This document shows, piece after piece, positions 35,951 through 44,692 of a DNA stretch of 49,949 nt. The position numbers were made by a program, and so were the translations under genes. The stretch is from the IMG/VR virus record IMGVR_UViG_3300037470_000128, positions 1 through 49,949 of that record. One strand, given 5' to 3'. Position 1 is the stretch's first letter. Every line of letters begins with the position of its first letter. This DNA comes from a virus. Taxonomy: Duplodnaviria > Caudoviricetes. The notes below the pieces were generated by a model. The model ran no database searches, was not told where the DNA came from, and was given only the letters and a program-made list of their open reading frames with translations.

Positions 35951-36187
35951 ATGAAAGAACGAAATTACGTGAAAGAGGCGGTCTACCGGTTAGACCAAGA
36001 AACCCCAATCAAAGCGGCGGCAGACGCCTGTAAAGTGACGCGGAGAACGATCCACAACTGGATCAAAAAAGGCCGATTGCCGCATACTGACTACAGCGGC
36101 GAAACCCACTACGCTGAGGCGCTGGCCGCAGCCAGCGGCGGCCAGTTTACCGCCACATGGCTGCTGGAGGTAACGAGCAAGCGGTAA
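35951..36187 (+). CDS. Cro-like HTH regulator
   Basis: IKAAADACKVTRRTIHNWIKKGRLPHTDYSGETHYA; first rightward early gene. Confidence 0.8.
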   Translation: MKERNYVKEAVYRLDQETPIKAAADACKVTRRTIHNWIKKGRLPHTDYSGETHYAEALAAASGGQFTATWLLEVTSKR

Positions 36188-36189
36188 GG

Positions 36190-36460
36190 CCCGGTCCTGC
36201 TGCGGGAAATCAGCAGGGCGCATCTGTGACAGTCTGCCCGGGTAATCCACTGCAGGATCCGGCCATGGAGGGTAGCGGGCTGTCACAGATGCGTTGAAAG
36301 CGAAGGCGAGTCCATCCGCCGCCACTGATGTGTACTGGACCTCGAACAGTGGCTAGCCGGAAAGCGCCGGCCACCGCATCCCGTTCCATTAGTCGCCGGT
36401 ATCGAACCGGCGCAGGATAAGCTAGATAAGCGTCGTCGACGACGGCGGACGGCTGGCAAC
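36190..36460 (+). ncRNA. Highly structured intergenic region (candidate regulatory RNA)
   Basis: Perfect 14-bp stem 36219-36232/36280-36293 plus five or more consecutive hairpins; no credible ORF. Confidence 0.4.
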
Positions 36461-36502
36461 CATTATAAATGTATCACGCACAAATAACACAAAGGATAAC
36501 CA

Positions 36503-36892
36503 ATGAACAATATCGATAATCTGACATTTGGCGAACTAAAGAAGATCGCCGCAATGTTTCATGCTACACAATCACCATCGGTTAATTACGGTCTAAACGC
36601 TATGATCGGAAAGAAATGCATCATCCGCACTTATTCTGCCGGTGTTTGGTTTGGCAAGGTCGAGCAGAAGAGCGGTAATGAAGTTATCATCAAAAACGCT
36701 CGCCGCATGTGGCGCTGGCACGCGGCTGAATCAATCAGTCTAAGTGCCGTGGCGAATCATGGTATCCGACACGATAAAAGCAAGATCGCTGAATCGGTTA
36801 ATGTGGTCTGGCTTGAGGCTATAGAGCTAATCCCATGCACCGATAAAGCAATCACCAGCATAGAAGGCACAAATGATGTCGAAGCTGAATAA
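36503..36892 (+). CDS. DUF6948-like phage protein
   Basis: CIIRTYSAGVWFG, ARRMWRW, ISLSAVA, IELIPC. Confidence 0.78.
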   Translation: MNNIDNLTFGELKKIAAMFHATQSPSVNYGLNAMIGKKCIIRTYSAGVWFGKVEQKSGNEVIIKNARRMWRWHAAESISLSAVANHGIRHDKSKIAESVNVVWLEAIELIPCTDKAITSIEGTNDVEAE

Positions 36893-37139
36893 ACCAGACG
36901 GAGACGGCTCCGGCTACGGCTCCGGCGACGGCGACGGCGACGGCTCCGGCTACGGCGACGGCTCCGGCTACGGCTCCGGCTACGGCTCCGGCGACGGCGA
37001 CGGCTACGGCTCCGGCTACGGCGACGGCTCCGGCTCCGGCTCCGGCTACGGCTACGGCGACGGCGACGGCTCCGGCTACGGCTACGGCGACGGCTCCGGC
37101 TCCGGCTACGGCTCCGGCGACGGCTCCGGCTACGGCTAA
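36873..37139 (+). CDS. Gly-rich low-complexity protein, (G[DSY])n
   Basis: GGC-(TCC/TAC/GAC) hexamer repeats; commonly follows DUF6948-like genes. Confidence 0.65.
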   Translation: MMSKLNKPDGDGSGYGSGDGDGDGSGYGDGSGYGSGYGSGDGDGYGSGYGDGSGSGSGYGYGDGDGSGYGYGDGSGSGYGSGDGSGYG

Positions 37140-37255
37140 GCAAAAAGAGTTAATGCTGTCGCCTAGCGCTGCACCAGTTGACTCATAAAACACGGACGAT
37201 CGCGACTGCAGGGAGGAAGGCTCCTGGCGGCACACGTCCCGATCAGGAGAGCATC

Positions 37256-37531
37256 ATGCATTTCATCAACGCCTTTCTTTCCACATTCGACCCGTACCGG
37301 GGTACGTCGATACGCACGCGATCTCGCCCTGTGAATCGTCGCCATTCACGCCCCAGCAACGAAACCCCTGACTGCCAGGCCGCACAGCGCCGGCGCCGGC
37401 AGATTGCCAGGGGTATGCTCAAGCTGCCCCACCTGTACCAGAACAAGCCCCAGAAGCAAGACCCGGGCCGGCAGGTCCGGCCGCACCGCTCCGGTGGTGG
37501 CTATCGCCACGAGACCTGGGGCGACCTGTAA
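37256..37531 (+). CDS. Hypothetical basic protein
   Basis: AGGAG RBS; RRRRQIARGML. Confidence 0.5.
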   Translation: MHFINAFLSTFDPYRGTSIRTRSRPVNRRHSRPSNETPDCQAAQRRRRQIARGMLKLPHLYQNKPQKQDPGRQVRPHRSGGGYRHETWGDL

Positions 37532-37704
37532 CCAATTCGATACACCCGCACCACAAAAACTAGAAACTGTACAGTCTATGAAACAGTTTTGTTTTCGGTT
37601 AGGGTGGATTTTGGCTGGGCTGTAACAACGGCGATACAGGCAAAAAAACGCCCGGCAGGAAGGGGATTCCGAACCGGGCAACTCAACAGACAGACAATCT
37701 GAAC

Positions 37705-37761
37705 GGTATTGATTATGAACCAAACCATGAACCAAACCGGGTATTGATTATGAACCAAACC
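37705..37761 (+). repeat. Direct repeats at the rep gene start
   Basis: GGTATTGATTATGAACCAAACC at 37705 and 37740; ATGAACCAAACC three times. Confidence 0.85.
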
Positions 37762-38532
37762 GCAACAAAGATCAACGTTACCTCACTTGAATACACCCGT
37801 ATCGCTCATGCTGCATCCAGAGCGGCGGCTGAAGAGATACAGAAGATCGTCGATATCCGCGACGCGCTGACGCCGATCAAGTTTGTCAACAGGGAACTCG
37901 GCAAGAAAGGCTCCCTGTCGCACCTCAAGCGCACTGATCGAGCCGTCATTAAAGAGTTGGCGGTAATGGGCACAAAATCCAAAGGCGTCGCCACAGCACG
38001 CCAGGCGACGCTGGCGGCGAATCTTGGTGTTTGTCGCCGCACCATAACCAGAACTCTCGCAAAACTCGAATCAGACGGCATCATCAGCCGCGAGAAAACC
38101 CGTACCGCCAGCGGCCGCCAAGGCGCCGATGTAATCATTTTCACCGCCTACCGTGACCACCTAAATGGCCTGGGCATCCCAGTAAAAACCGCCGCTGGAA
38201 AGCCTGAAAAACGGGCTATCCAGAGTGACAAAAACGACTCCTCCAGAGTGACAAAATGTCACCCCTTCTTTACTGATAGGGTGGAACCCGACACCGAGAG
38301 CGAACTGGTCGGTTACGACGAATACTGCGAGTTAGTCGCTGAAACCTCCGAGCCGTTGGCCAAAGAGCAAAACCAACCCATCCAAGGGGTGGGTTGTCCA
38401 AAGACCCCGGGGCTCAAACAAACCTCCGTGCGAACCGCCTGCAATGATGTCCATGAACACCATCCCGCTGGCCGGGAGCTTTTCAATCGACCTGCACTGA
38501 CTGTATTGCATGGAGGTCTAGCCCATGTCTGA
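37750..38532 (+). CDS. Replication initiator-like protein with N-terminal wHTH
   Basis: RQATLAANLGVCRRTITRTLAKLESDGII; upstream of helicase and primase; internal iteron-like repeats. Confidence 0.75.
   Translation: MNQTATKINVTSLEYTRIAHAASRAAAEEIQKIVDIRDALTPIKFVNRELGKKGSLSHLKRTDRAVIKELAVMGTKSKGVATARQATLAANLGVCRRTITRTLAKLESDGIISREKTRTASGRQGADVIIFTAYRDHLNGLGIPVKTAAGKPEKRAIQSDKNDSSRVTKCHPFFTDRVEPDTESELVGYDEYCELVAETSEPLAKEQNQPIQGVGCPKTPGLKQTSVRTACNDVHEHHPAGRELFNRPALTVLHGGLAHV
38220..38262. other. Putative replication origin repeats within rep
   Basis: CCAGAGTGACAAAA at 38220 and 38243; GTGACA-AAA-TGTCAC inverted repeat. Confidence 0.5.
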
Positions 38533-40015
38533 CCTCAGACCCTACCAGTTCAATGCCATCAGCGAACTGCGCAGCGGTATCCGCCAGGGCTGCCTGGCTC
38601 AGATGCTCCAGGCCCCGACCGGCGCCGGCAAAACTAAGATCAGCTCAGCGATCCAGCGCAGTGCCTACGATAAGGGAAAGCGCGCGCTTTTTATTGTCGA
38701 CTCGCTGGAACTGGTCGATCAGGCAGTGAGGCAGTTTCAGGCGGACGGCATGGAGGTTGGCGTTATCCAGGGTGACCACGAAATGACCAATTACCGCCGC
38801 CTGATTCAGGTTGGAACCATCCAGACCTTGCGCAATCGCTGGCCCGAAATGGCGGAAGCCACCAAACCTGACCTGGTGATCATCGACGAAGCGCATGTGC
38901 TGCACCAGATGCACGAGGAGATCATCGCCGAGTGCCGGGCAAAGGGTAAGCCGGTCATTGGTTTAAGTGCCACCCCGTTCAGGAAGGGCCTAGGCAAGGT
39001 TTTTGACCGCCTGGTGGTGACTGTGACCACTGCCGAGCTTATGGATATGGGGTTCCTCTGCCGGGCCCGAGTATTTGCCCCATACATTCCCGACCTGAAA
39101 GGCGTGCGGACCAACAGCAGTGGAGATTGGGCCGAGGATGCCCTGGCTGAAGTCATGGGCGAGCACAAACTGGTCGGCGATGTAGTTGATCAGTGGCTAA
39201 AGCTCGCCGAGGGCCGGCAGACCATCGTATTCGCCGTCAACGTGGCCCACTCCCGGGCGCTTTGCGACGCGTTCTTGCTGCGCGGCATCAGGGCCGCCCA
39301 TATCGACGGCTACGAACGAGACAAGGAGGCCCGCACCGAGACCATCGACGCCTACCGCCGCGGAGACATCCAGGTTCTGTGCAATGTTGCGGTGCTGACA
39401 AAAGGGTTTGATGCACCGGAGACATCCTGTGTCGTGCTGGCCAGACCCACGAAGTCTCTGATGCTGCACATCCAGTGCATTGGCCGAGGACTTAGAACCG
39501 CCCTCGGGAAAACCGACTGCCTGGTAATCGATCACGCCGGCAATTGCATTCGTAACGGACTTCCAGATGACACGCTGCCGAGTCAGCTGGACGACGGCAA
39601 GATCCAGCACAATCTGGACCGCCGTGATCGCGACGAATGCGAACCCGTATCTAAGCCCTGTACCTCTTGCGGTTACGTCAGTACCAAGCACAAATGCCCC
39701 ATGTGCGGCTTCAAGCCTGAGCGCCGTCAGGATGTCGAGGTGCGCGACGGTGAACTGTACGAGATCAAGCAATCCAAGCAGCTCCGCAAAGAGTGGTCGC
39801 CCGAAAAGCTGTCAGAACTGTATTCGGAAATGCTGGGCTATGCCCGGGCAAAAGGTTTCCGCGACGGCTGGGCCTTCCACCAGTGCCGCGAGTACGCCGG
39901 ACGAGCCCCGCGCGATACCCGGCAGATCGTCGCCCGTCATCCGTCCGACGAAACAATGAAGATCATCAAGCATCTGCAGATCCGCAAGGCCAAGCGCAAG
40001 AAGGCAGCAGCATGA
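38525..40015 (+). CDS. SF2 DEAH helicase with C-terminal Zn ribbon
   Basis: APTGAGKT, IIDEAH, GLSATP, LTKGFD, QCIGRGLR, CxxC..CxxC. Confidence 0.93.
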   Translation: MSDLRPYQFNAISELRSGIRQGCLAQMLQAPTGAGKTKISSAIQRSAYDKGKRALFIVDSLELVDQAVRQFQADGMEVGVIQGDHEMTNYRRLIQVGTIQTLRNRWPEMAEATKPDLVIIDEAHVLHQMHEEIIAECRAKGKPVIGLSATPFRKGLGKVFDRLVVTVTTAELMDMGFLCRARVFAPYIPDLKGVRTNSSGDWAEDALAEVMGEHKLVGDVVDQWLKLAEGRQTIVFAVNVAHSRALCDAFLLRGIRAAHIDGYERDKEARTETIDAYRRGDIQVLCNVAVLTKGFDAPETSCVVLARPTKSLMLHIQCIGRGLRTALGKTDCLVIDHAGNCIRNGLPDDTLPSQLDDGKIQHNLDRRDRDECEPVSKPCTSCGYVSTKHKCPMCGFKPERRQDVEVRDGELYEIKQSKQLRKEWSPEKLSELYSEMLGYARAKGFRDGWAFHQCREYAGRAPRDTRQIVARHPSDETMKIIKHLQIRKAKRKKAAA

Positions 40016-40959
40016 CCGACAAAATCAAGACGCGCGACGCTGCCCGCAACAAGTGGCACGAGATCTTGCCGATGCTCGGCGTCGATGCGAAGTACTTGAC
40101 CAATCGGCACGGCCCATGTCCTTCGTGCGGCGGCAAGGATCGCTTCCGCTGGGACAACCAGAACGGCAACGGCACGTTCTTCTGCCAGGGCTGCGGTGCG
40201 GGTGACGCATTCAAATTGCTGGAACTGGTCACCGGGCAAAACTTCCCTGAATTAGCCGCGCGGGTAGACGAGATCGCCGGCAACGCGAAAGAAGACAAGC
40301 CCGTCGACAAGGCGCAGGACGCGACCAAGGTCCGCCGGCGACTACAGCGTATCGGCTCGGAACTGATAACCATCCAGCGCGGCGACCCGGTAAGCCAGTA
40401 TCTGCACAGTCGGGGCATTCAGGACATACCGGCCGATTTCCTGCGGCTGCATCCGGGGTTGGTGTACTGGGAGCAGACCCAGAAGCTTGGCACTTTCCCG
40501 GCAATGGTGGCCGCCTTCCGCGACCCGTCCGGTCGCTTGGAGACAATGCACGTTACCTACCTGACGCCGGATGGCCAGAAAGCCCCGGTCACCAAGCAGA
40601 AGAAGGTGCTCGGCAAACAGCGGGGACTGTCCGGCGGCGCCATACGCCTGAGCGATATCACGCCACATATTGGCATCTGCGAAGGTATCGAGACAGCCCT
40701 GAGCATCACCGCTCTCTACGGCCAGCCGTGCTGGGCCTGCTACTCGGCGCATGCCCTTAGCGAATTTATAGCGCCTGCTGGGATCGAGCGCGTGACGATA
40801 TATGCGGATGCTGATCGAAGCTACACCGGGCAGGCAGCGGCTACAGCGGTCGCCAAGCGCCTGATTCGCGACGGGATCCACGCCGAGGTTGCGGAGTTTT
40901 TGCCTTACGACGTCGATTACAACGACCTGCTGATAGCGAGGGTGACTCATGTTGCCTGA
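40012..40959 (+). CDS. Primase (Zn-binding plus TOPRIM)
   Basis: HGPCPSCGGKDRFR, CQGCG, ICEGIETA, IYADAD, DYND. Confidence 0.9.
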   Translation: MTDKIKTRDAARNKWHEILPMLGVDAKYLTNRHGPCPSCGGKDRFRWDNQNGNGTFFCQGCGAGDAFKLLELVTGQNFPELAARVDEIAGNAKEDKPVDKAQDATKVRRRLQRIGSELITIQRGDPVSQYLHSRGIQDIPADFLRLHPGLVYWEQTQKLGTFPAMVAAFRDPSGRLETMHVTYLTPDGQKAPVTKQKKVLGKQRGLSGGAIRLSDITPHIGICEGIETALSITALYGQPCWACYSAHALSEFIAPAGIERVTIYADADRSYTGQAAATAVAKRLIRDGIHAEVAEFLPYDVDYNDLLIARVTHVA

Positions 40960-41302
40960 ATTCAAGGACGACGCGATTCTGCGCGAGCTGATCGAAACCT
41001 TCGACGCTCGCGTTGACTGGGCGCAGAACAAGACTCACGCCCTGGGAACCATGACCCTGCGGGTGCGCGTAGGTGAAGCAGAGCATATAGATCTGCCGAC
41101 CGTTCGGCTACTGACGGCGACCAGCAAGGCCGGGCTGGAGCGGGCCAGAGCCGGGCAGTTTGCCGATTATCTGATTGGCCAAGGCCGAGAGACTGCGCGT
41201 TCGTTGTGGCGGCAGTCGGCGCTGTGGGAAAGTGAGGCGTTTATGGGTTGGGTGCGTGATGACGTGGAAAAAATAAAAATATCATTGGCAATATCAAGCT
41301 GA
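40949..41302 (+). CDS. Hypothetical protein
   Basis: GAGG RBS, operon context. Confidence 0.6.
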   Translation: MLPEFKDDAILRELIETFDARVDWAQNKTHALGTMTLRVRVGEAEHIDLPTVRLLTATSKAGLERARAGQFADYLIGQGRETARSLWRQSALWESEAFMGWVRDDVEKIKISLAISS

Positions 41303-41313
41303 AGGAGTTTGAC

Positions 41314-41763
41314 ATGAGCAGAACACGCGGCAGCAAAACATGGACACAGGCGCACCAGGAGCAGCTTATCGCAGGCATTGCCGCCGGCGACGATCCTGAA
41401 ACGATCGCAAAAAAAACGAAAATGTCCGTCTCGACTGTGAGGAATAAGGCAAATGACCTGCATCTGAGTTTTTCGGTTCGGTCAGGTTGCCCGTGGCGCG
41501 ATGATGAGGATCAGACTCTGATCGATATGGCGATGGATGGATTTGATGCGCAAGATGTCTCGGCGCGCATCCTCGGGCGGGCGCCAAGATCCATTTATAG
41601 CAGGGCCAGGACGCTGATCAAGCAGGGGGTGGACATACCCATCCCGGAGCTGCACCGGACGAAGGTTCAGCACCGCAGCATGGCAGACGAAGCCCTGCTG
41701 GGCATGATCAGCTTGCGGGCCGCATCGCTGCCGCTGAATCGGATTGCCGAGGCATTCTGCTAA
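41314..41763 (+). CDS. Tandem Myb/GcrA-like HTH protein
   Basis: WTQAHQEQL...TVRNKA and WRDDEDQTL...SIYSRA repeats; AAGGAG RBS. Confidence 0.65.
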   Translation: MSRTRGSKTWTQAHQEQLIAGIAAGDDPETIAKKTKMSVSTVRNKANDLHLSFSVRSGCPWRDDEDQTLIDMAMDGFDAQDVSARILGRAPRSIYSRARTLIKQGVDIPIPELHRTKVQHRSMADEALLGMISLRAASLPLNRIAEAFC

Positions 41764-41772
41764 AATTTTGAC

Positions 41773-41808
41773 TTGACGTATGTATAATGCGAGCTATAAT
41801 ATACATAC
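41773..41808 (+). promoter_or_regulatory. Sigma70-type promoter with overlapping inverted repeat
   Basis: TTGACG-N16-TATAAT; GTATGTATA/TATACATAC inverted repeat. Confidence 0.7.
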
Positions 41809-41829
41809 AAACAGCAGGGAGGGCGGGCA

Positions 41830-42009
41830 ATGTACGATGCAAGGGATCGCTGGCTGGTGACACACCACAGACGCAGGCTGGAAGCCGCCGCACATTGCCC
41901 GATCGAGCGCCAGCGCCAGGCAGCCGAAAAGCTGCTGCAGGTTGCGCTGCGACAAGGCAGGATTCAGTTAATTTTCGTCGCCCGGCAGTGGGCGGCATCG
42001 CTGGGGTAG
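41830..42009 (+). CDS. Hypothetical 59-aa protein
   Basis: GGGAGG RBS directly after the promoter. Confidence 0.5.
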   Translation: MYDARDRWLVTHHRRRLEAAAHCPIERQRQAAEKLLQVALRQGRIQLIFVARQWAASLG

Positions 42010-42013
42010 CAGT

Positions 42014-42181
42014 ATGATACGAACGGCCTTTTATCTCACAAAAAGCCAGATTGACCGCCTCAAGCGGCTGTCTGGGCAAACAGGGTTGCCGGTGTCTGAG
42101 CATATCCGCCGGGCGATCGATACGTATTTACTCAAGCAGGGACGCGGTGATGAACACGACAAAAACATTTCCAAGACGTAG
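42014..42181 (+). CDS. Ribbon-helix-helix DNA-binding protein (absent from the ORF track)
   Basis: MIRTAFYLTKSQIDRLKRLSGQTGLPVSEHIRRAIDTYL. Confidence 0.8.
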   Translation: MIRTAFYLTKSQIDRLKRLSGQTGLPVSEHIRRAIDTYLLKQGRGDEHDKNISKT

Positions 42182-42419
42182 GGGGCCAAAATATCAGGCA
42201 TTCGTTGACGCTGGTGGATATAACGCCCCGCCGGCCGATTACCTGGTATTTCTGGAAAAGATGCGAGATCTGCATTGCCAGGAGTGCGGAAAACTGACTG
42301 CGGACCCATACCGATTCACCCGCTTTGTGCTGGCGAAAGTCGAGGAAGGCTATCGCTATGCAAACGGTGAATTGATAGCGCCGGAGATTGAGGGCGATGC
42401 ATGCGCGGATTTGGCGTGA
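42150..42419 (+). CDS. Hypothetical protein
   Basis: Operon context. Confidence 0.5.
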   Translation: MNTTKTFPRRRGPKYQAFVDAGGYNAPPADYLVFLEKMRDLHCQECGKLTADPYRFTRFVLAKVEEGYRYANGELIAPEIEGDACADLA

Positions 42420-42421
42420 CG

Positions 42422-42766
42422 ATGGACCTAAAGACAGGGCGGTGCCGGCAGTGGGTTGCAGGACCTGATGGCGTGAAGCGGTGGGCAGACAACGACGCCC
42501 CATGCGAGCCAGGCCCGCAGTCCCGTGTCGAGAAACACGGGCCCGACCTGACGAAATGGGATCTAAGCAGCGCTGATGTGGTGACATTTGAGGGATACCG
42601 GGTTCTGCGGTACCGGTCCCGTGATCATCAGGGCGAGGTGAAACAGCACTTTGAAGCCTGGCCGCCGAAGCCGGCCAAAGGCGTTCACAGCATGCTCGGA
42701 ATTCGAGACACAGCCAAGGCCGCCATGGCGATGTGCGAGCAGCATAATAAACATCAGGGTGAATAA
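42422..42766 (+). CDS. Hypothetical protein
   Basis: Operon context; TAATG overlap with ninB. Confidence 0.55.
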   Translation: MDLKTGRCRQWVAGPDGVKRWADNDAPCEPGPQSRVEKHGPDLTKWDLSSADVVTFEGYRVLRYRSRDHQGEVKQHFEAWPPKPAKGVHSMLGIRDTAKAAMAMCEQHNKHQGE

Positions 42767-43200
42767 TGGCTGATCAAGTACAGATCCGCATCGAAGGCGC
42801 GCAGGACCTGATGCCGAAACTGAACCGGGTTTGGGATCTGGTTAAGCACGGACTGGCCGGTGGCCCCGTGGTTGTGACCCTGGGGCGAGAGAAGCGCAGC
42901 TTGAGTCAGAACGCAAAAATGTGGCCGATGCTCACCGATGTTAGCAAACAAGTCGACTGGTACGGCGAGAAGTTGAGCCCGGAGGACTGGAAGCACGTTT
43001 TCACGGCCGGGCTGACGAAACAGCGCGCGGTGCCCGGGCTTGAAGGCGGATTTGTTGTGCTAGGGCAGTCCACCAGCAAAATGCCTAAGGCGGTATTCAG
43101 TCGGTTGATTGAGATTATTTACGCCTTCGGCGCCGAGCAAAACGTGGAGTGGAGTGAGCCGGCGATGAGAGCCTATGAGCAGTATCGGGAGGCCACATGA
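42766..43200 (+). CDS. ninB: NinB-family recombination protein
   Basis: KRSLSQNAKMW, LSPEDWK, GQSTSKM, IYAFGAE..VEWS. Confidence 0.9.
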   Translation: MADQVQIRIEGAQDLMPKLNRVWDLVKHGLAGGPVVVTLGREKRSLSQNAKMWPMLTDVSKQVDWYGEKLSPEDWKHVFTAGLTKQRAVPGLEGGFVVLGQSTSKMPKAVFSRLIEIIYAFGAEQNVEWSEPAMRAYEQYREAT

Positions 43201-43266
43201 AAGATACAGTCATCGGTCTTTTTGCGCCGGCCGTTTTCCAGGCGAATGGACGCCGAGGAGATAGCT

Positions 43267-43617
43267 GTGCAACGTAAAGCCACAAAAAACACCCGTGGCC
43301 CGAGTACGATTGAACGCCGCTTGCTGGTCTGGGTAAAGCAGCAGCCGTGCTGTATCTGCAACGCGCCGGGGCCGTCGATAGCGGATCATTGTTATGGCGC
43401 GACAATGCGGAATAAGCGCGTGCTGATCGGCATGTGGGCAATCCTGCCCTATTGCCCGACCTGTGACGCGGTAAAGACCCGCGGCAGCCACCGGGCGCAC
43501 CTTTCGGCATTCGGTAAAACGCAGGCGGATCTTTGGCTGAACCAGCTTGAGATGCTTCCGCCGACGCTGGTGCCGTCCAGTGCGGTGATCGAGGCGATAC
43601 GGGATTGGGGGCGATGA
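43267..43617 (+). CDS. Zn-binding HNH-like nin-region protein
   Basis: WVKQQPCCIC...H...LPYCPTC; GAGGAG RBS with GTG start. Confidence 0.65.
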   Translation: MQRKATKNTRGPSTIERRLLVWVKQQPCCICNAPGPSIADHCYGATMRNKRVLIGMWAILPYCPTCDAVKTRGSHRAHLSAFGKTQADLWLNQLEMLPPTLVPSSAVIEAIRDWGR

Positions 43618-43775
43618 TGGACGAGCACCAAATTGGATTTGCAAGCGAAGTCTATTCGTTGCTCAAATTACAGCAGCACGAGCTGAAGTTGCTGGTGGAT
43701 GAAAATCAAAAACTGAGGGATCGCATCAACAGGCTGGAGGAAATGGTGGCGCGCGTTGAAGCGAAATTGAACTGA
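43614..43775 (+). CDS. Short coiled-coil protein
   Basis: ATGA overlap; heptad pattern. Confidence 0.5.
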   Translation: MMDEHQIGFASEVYSLLKLQQHELKLLVDENQKLRDRINRLEEMVARVEAKLN

Positions 43776-43799
43776 CAAGTAAAACATGAGGGTTGGAAT

Positions 43800-44300
43800 G
43801 TGAGCGAATGTCTTTGGAAAATTGTTGCATGGGTAGTTTCTCGCCGACCCGTAGCCTCGTGGCTCATGCGGCGTGCGCAGCGCACTCCATATCTGCACAT
43901 TTACTCGCCAGACGGGTCCGAGGTCTACATGTACCGCTGGTGGCTGTTTAACCCGTATGACAACGACACGCGCCAATGCAGGTATCGATGGTGCCCGATA
44001 TCGATCAGAGTGCATCGGATAATGACGCCGGATAATGACCGGCACCTGCATGACCACCCGTGGAACGCTCAGACGATTATCTTAGATGGGTGGTACACGG
44101 AGCGCCGGCAGTTTTCTAATCACACGCGTATTGAAGGCGATACCGCGCCATTGCGATTTGGTGAGTACCACCAGATTACGGACGTTTCCAGGACCGGCGC
44201 GACTACGCTGTTCATTACGGGAAAATACCGCGGAACATGGGGCTTTTTGGTTGACGGAATAAAAATACGGTACCGAGAATATCTTGGGATAGGTGAGTAA
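43800..44300 (+). CDS. Cupin-like phage protein
   Basis: YMYRWWL, IRVHRI..D.DRHLHDHPW, GWYTE, TLFITG..WGF. Confidence 0.7.
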   Translation: MSECLWKIVAWVVSRRPVASWLMRRAQRTPYLHIYSPDGSEVYMYRWWLFNPYDNDTRQCRYRWCPISIRVHRIMTPDNDRHLHDHPWNAQTIILDGWYTERRQFSNHTRIEGDTAPLRFGEYHQITDVSRTGATTLFITGKYRGTWGFLVDGIKIRYREYLGIGE

Positions 44301-44302
44301 TT

Positions 44303-44518
44303 ATGAGCGAATGGCAAGAAGCAAGGATTAAACGTGATGAACTGGTCCAGCCGCGCCCGATCGGGACCGTTGAGCTGTGGCAGCGGCAAACTTTTCAGGC
44401 GCGCGGTGCCCCGCTGGTGGGCGACGCCATGCCCATGCCTGCACTGGGCTACGACTGGCGGGCACAGGTGTGCGAGCGGACCGGGGATTACGTGCTGAAG
44501 TGGCGGGCCCAGGCATGA
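44303..44518 (+). CDS. Hypothetical protein
   Basis: Operon context. Confidence 0.5.
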   Translation: MSEWQEARIKRDELVQPRPIGTVELWQRQTFQARGAPLVGDAMPMPALGYDWRAQVCERTGDYVLKWRAQA

Positions 44519-44631
44519 GCAGGAGCGGATACGTAGACGGCGGTGATAGAGATGAGTATTGACGACTTTAACAACACGGGTTCGCCCAGGCGGTGTTTAA
44601 ATACAACGGGCGGCACCTGACAAGATCAGCC

Positions 44632-44686
44632 GCCTAACGCATAAGCGCAGCGGCCCGAAGGGTCCGACTGGCGCGCCTGGTTAGGC
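44632..44686 (-). mobile_element. attC-like integron cassette recombination site (55 bp)
   Basis: On the - strand: GCCTAAC-CAGGC-GCGCCAGTCGGACCC-TTC-GGGCCGCTGCGC-TTATGC-GTTAGGC, with RYYYAAC/GTTRRRY ends and extrahelical bases. Confidence 0.72.
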
Positions 44687-44692
44687 GCCGAC

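Noticed and set aside
36190-36460. tRNA gene
   Set aside because: No cloverleaf with a T-loop GTTCRA and matching acceptor stem could be built
36900-37137. GGC-NNN hexamer repeat as another guide array
   Set aside because: Period 6 in codon phase with only three variants (Ser/Tyr/Asp); encodes a familiar Gly-rich protein, and the antisense RS-rich and AVAG-rich ORFs are shadows
44515-44562. Short ORF MSRSGYVDGGDRDEY, possibly a truncated phage gene next to the attC-like site
   Set aside because: Too short to support homology by eye
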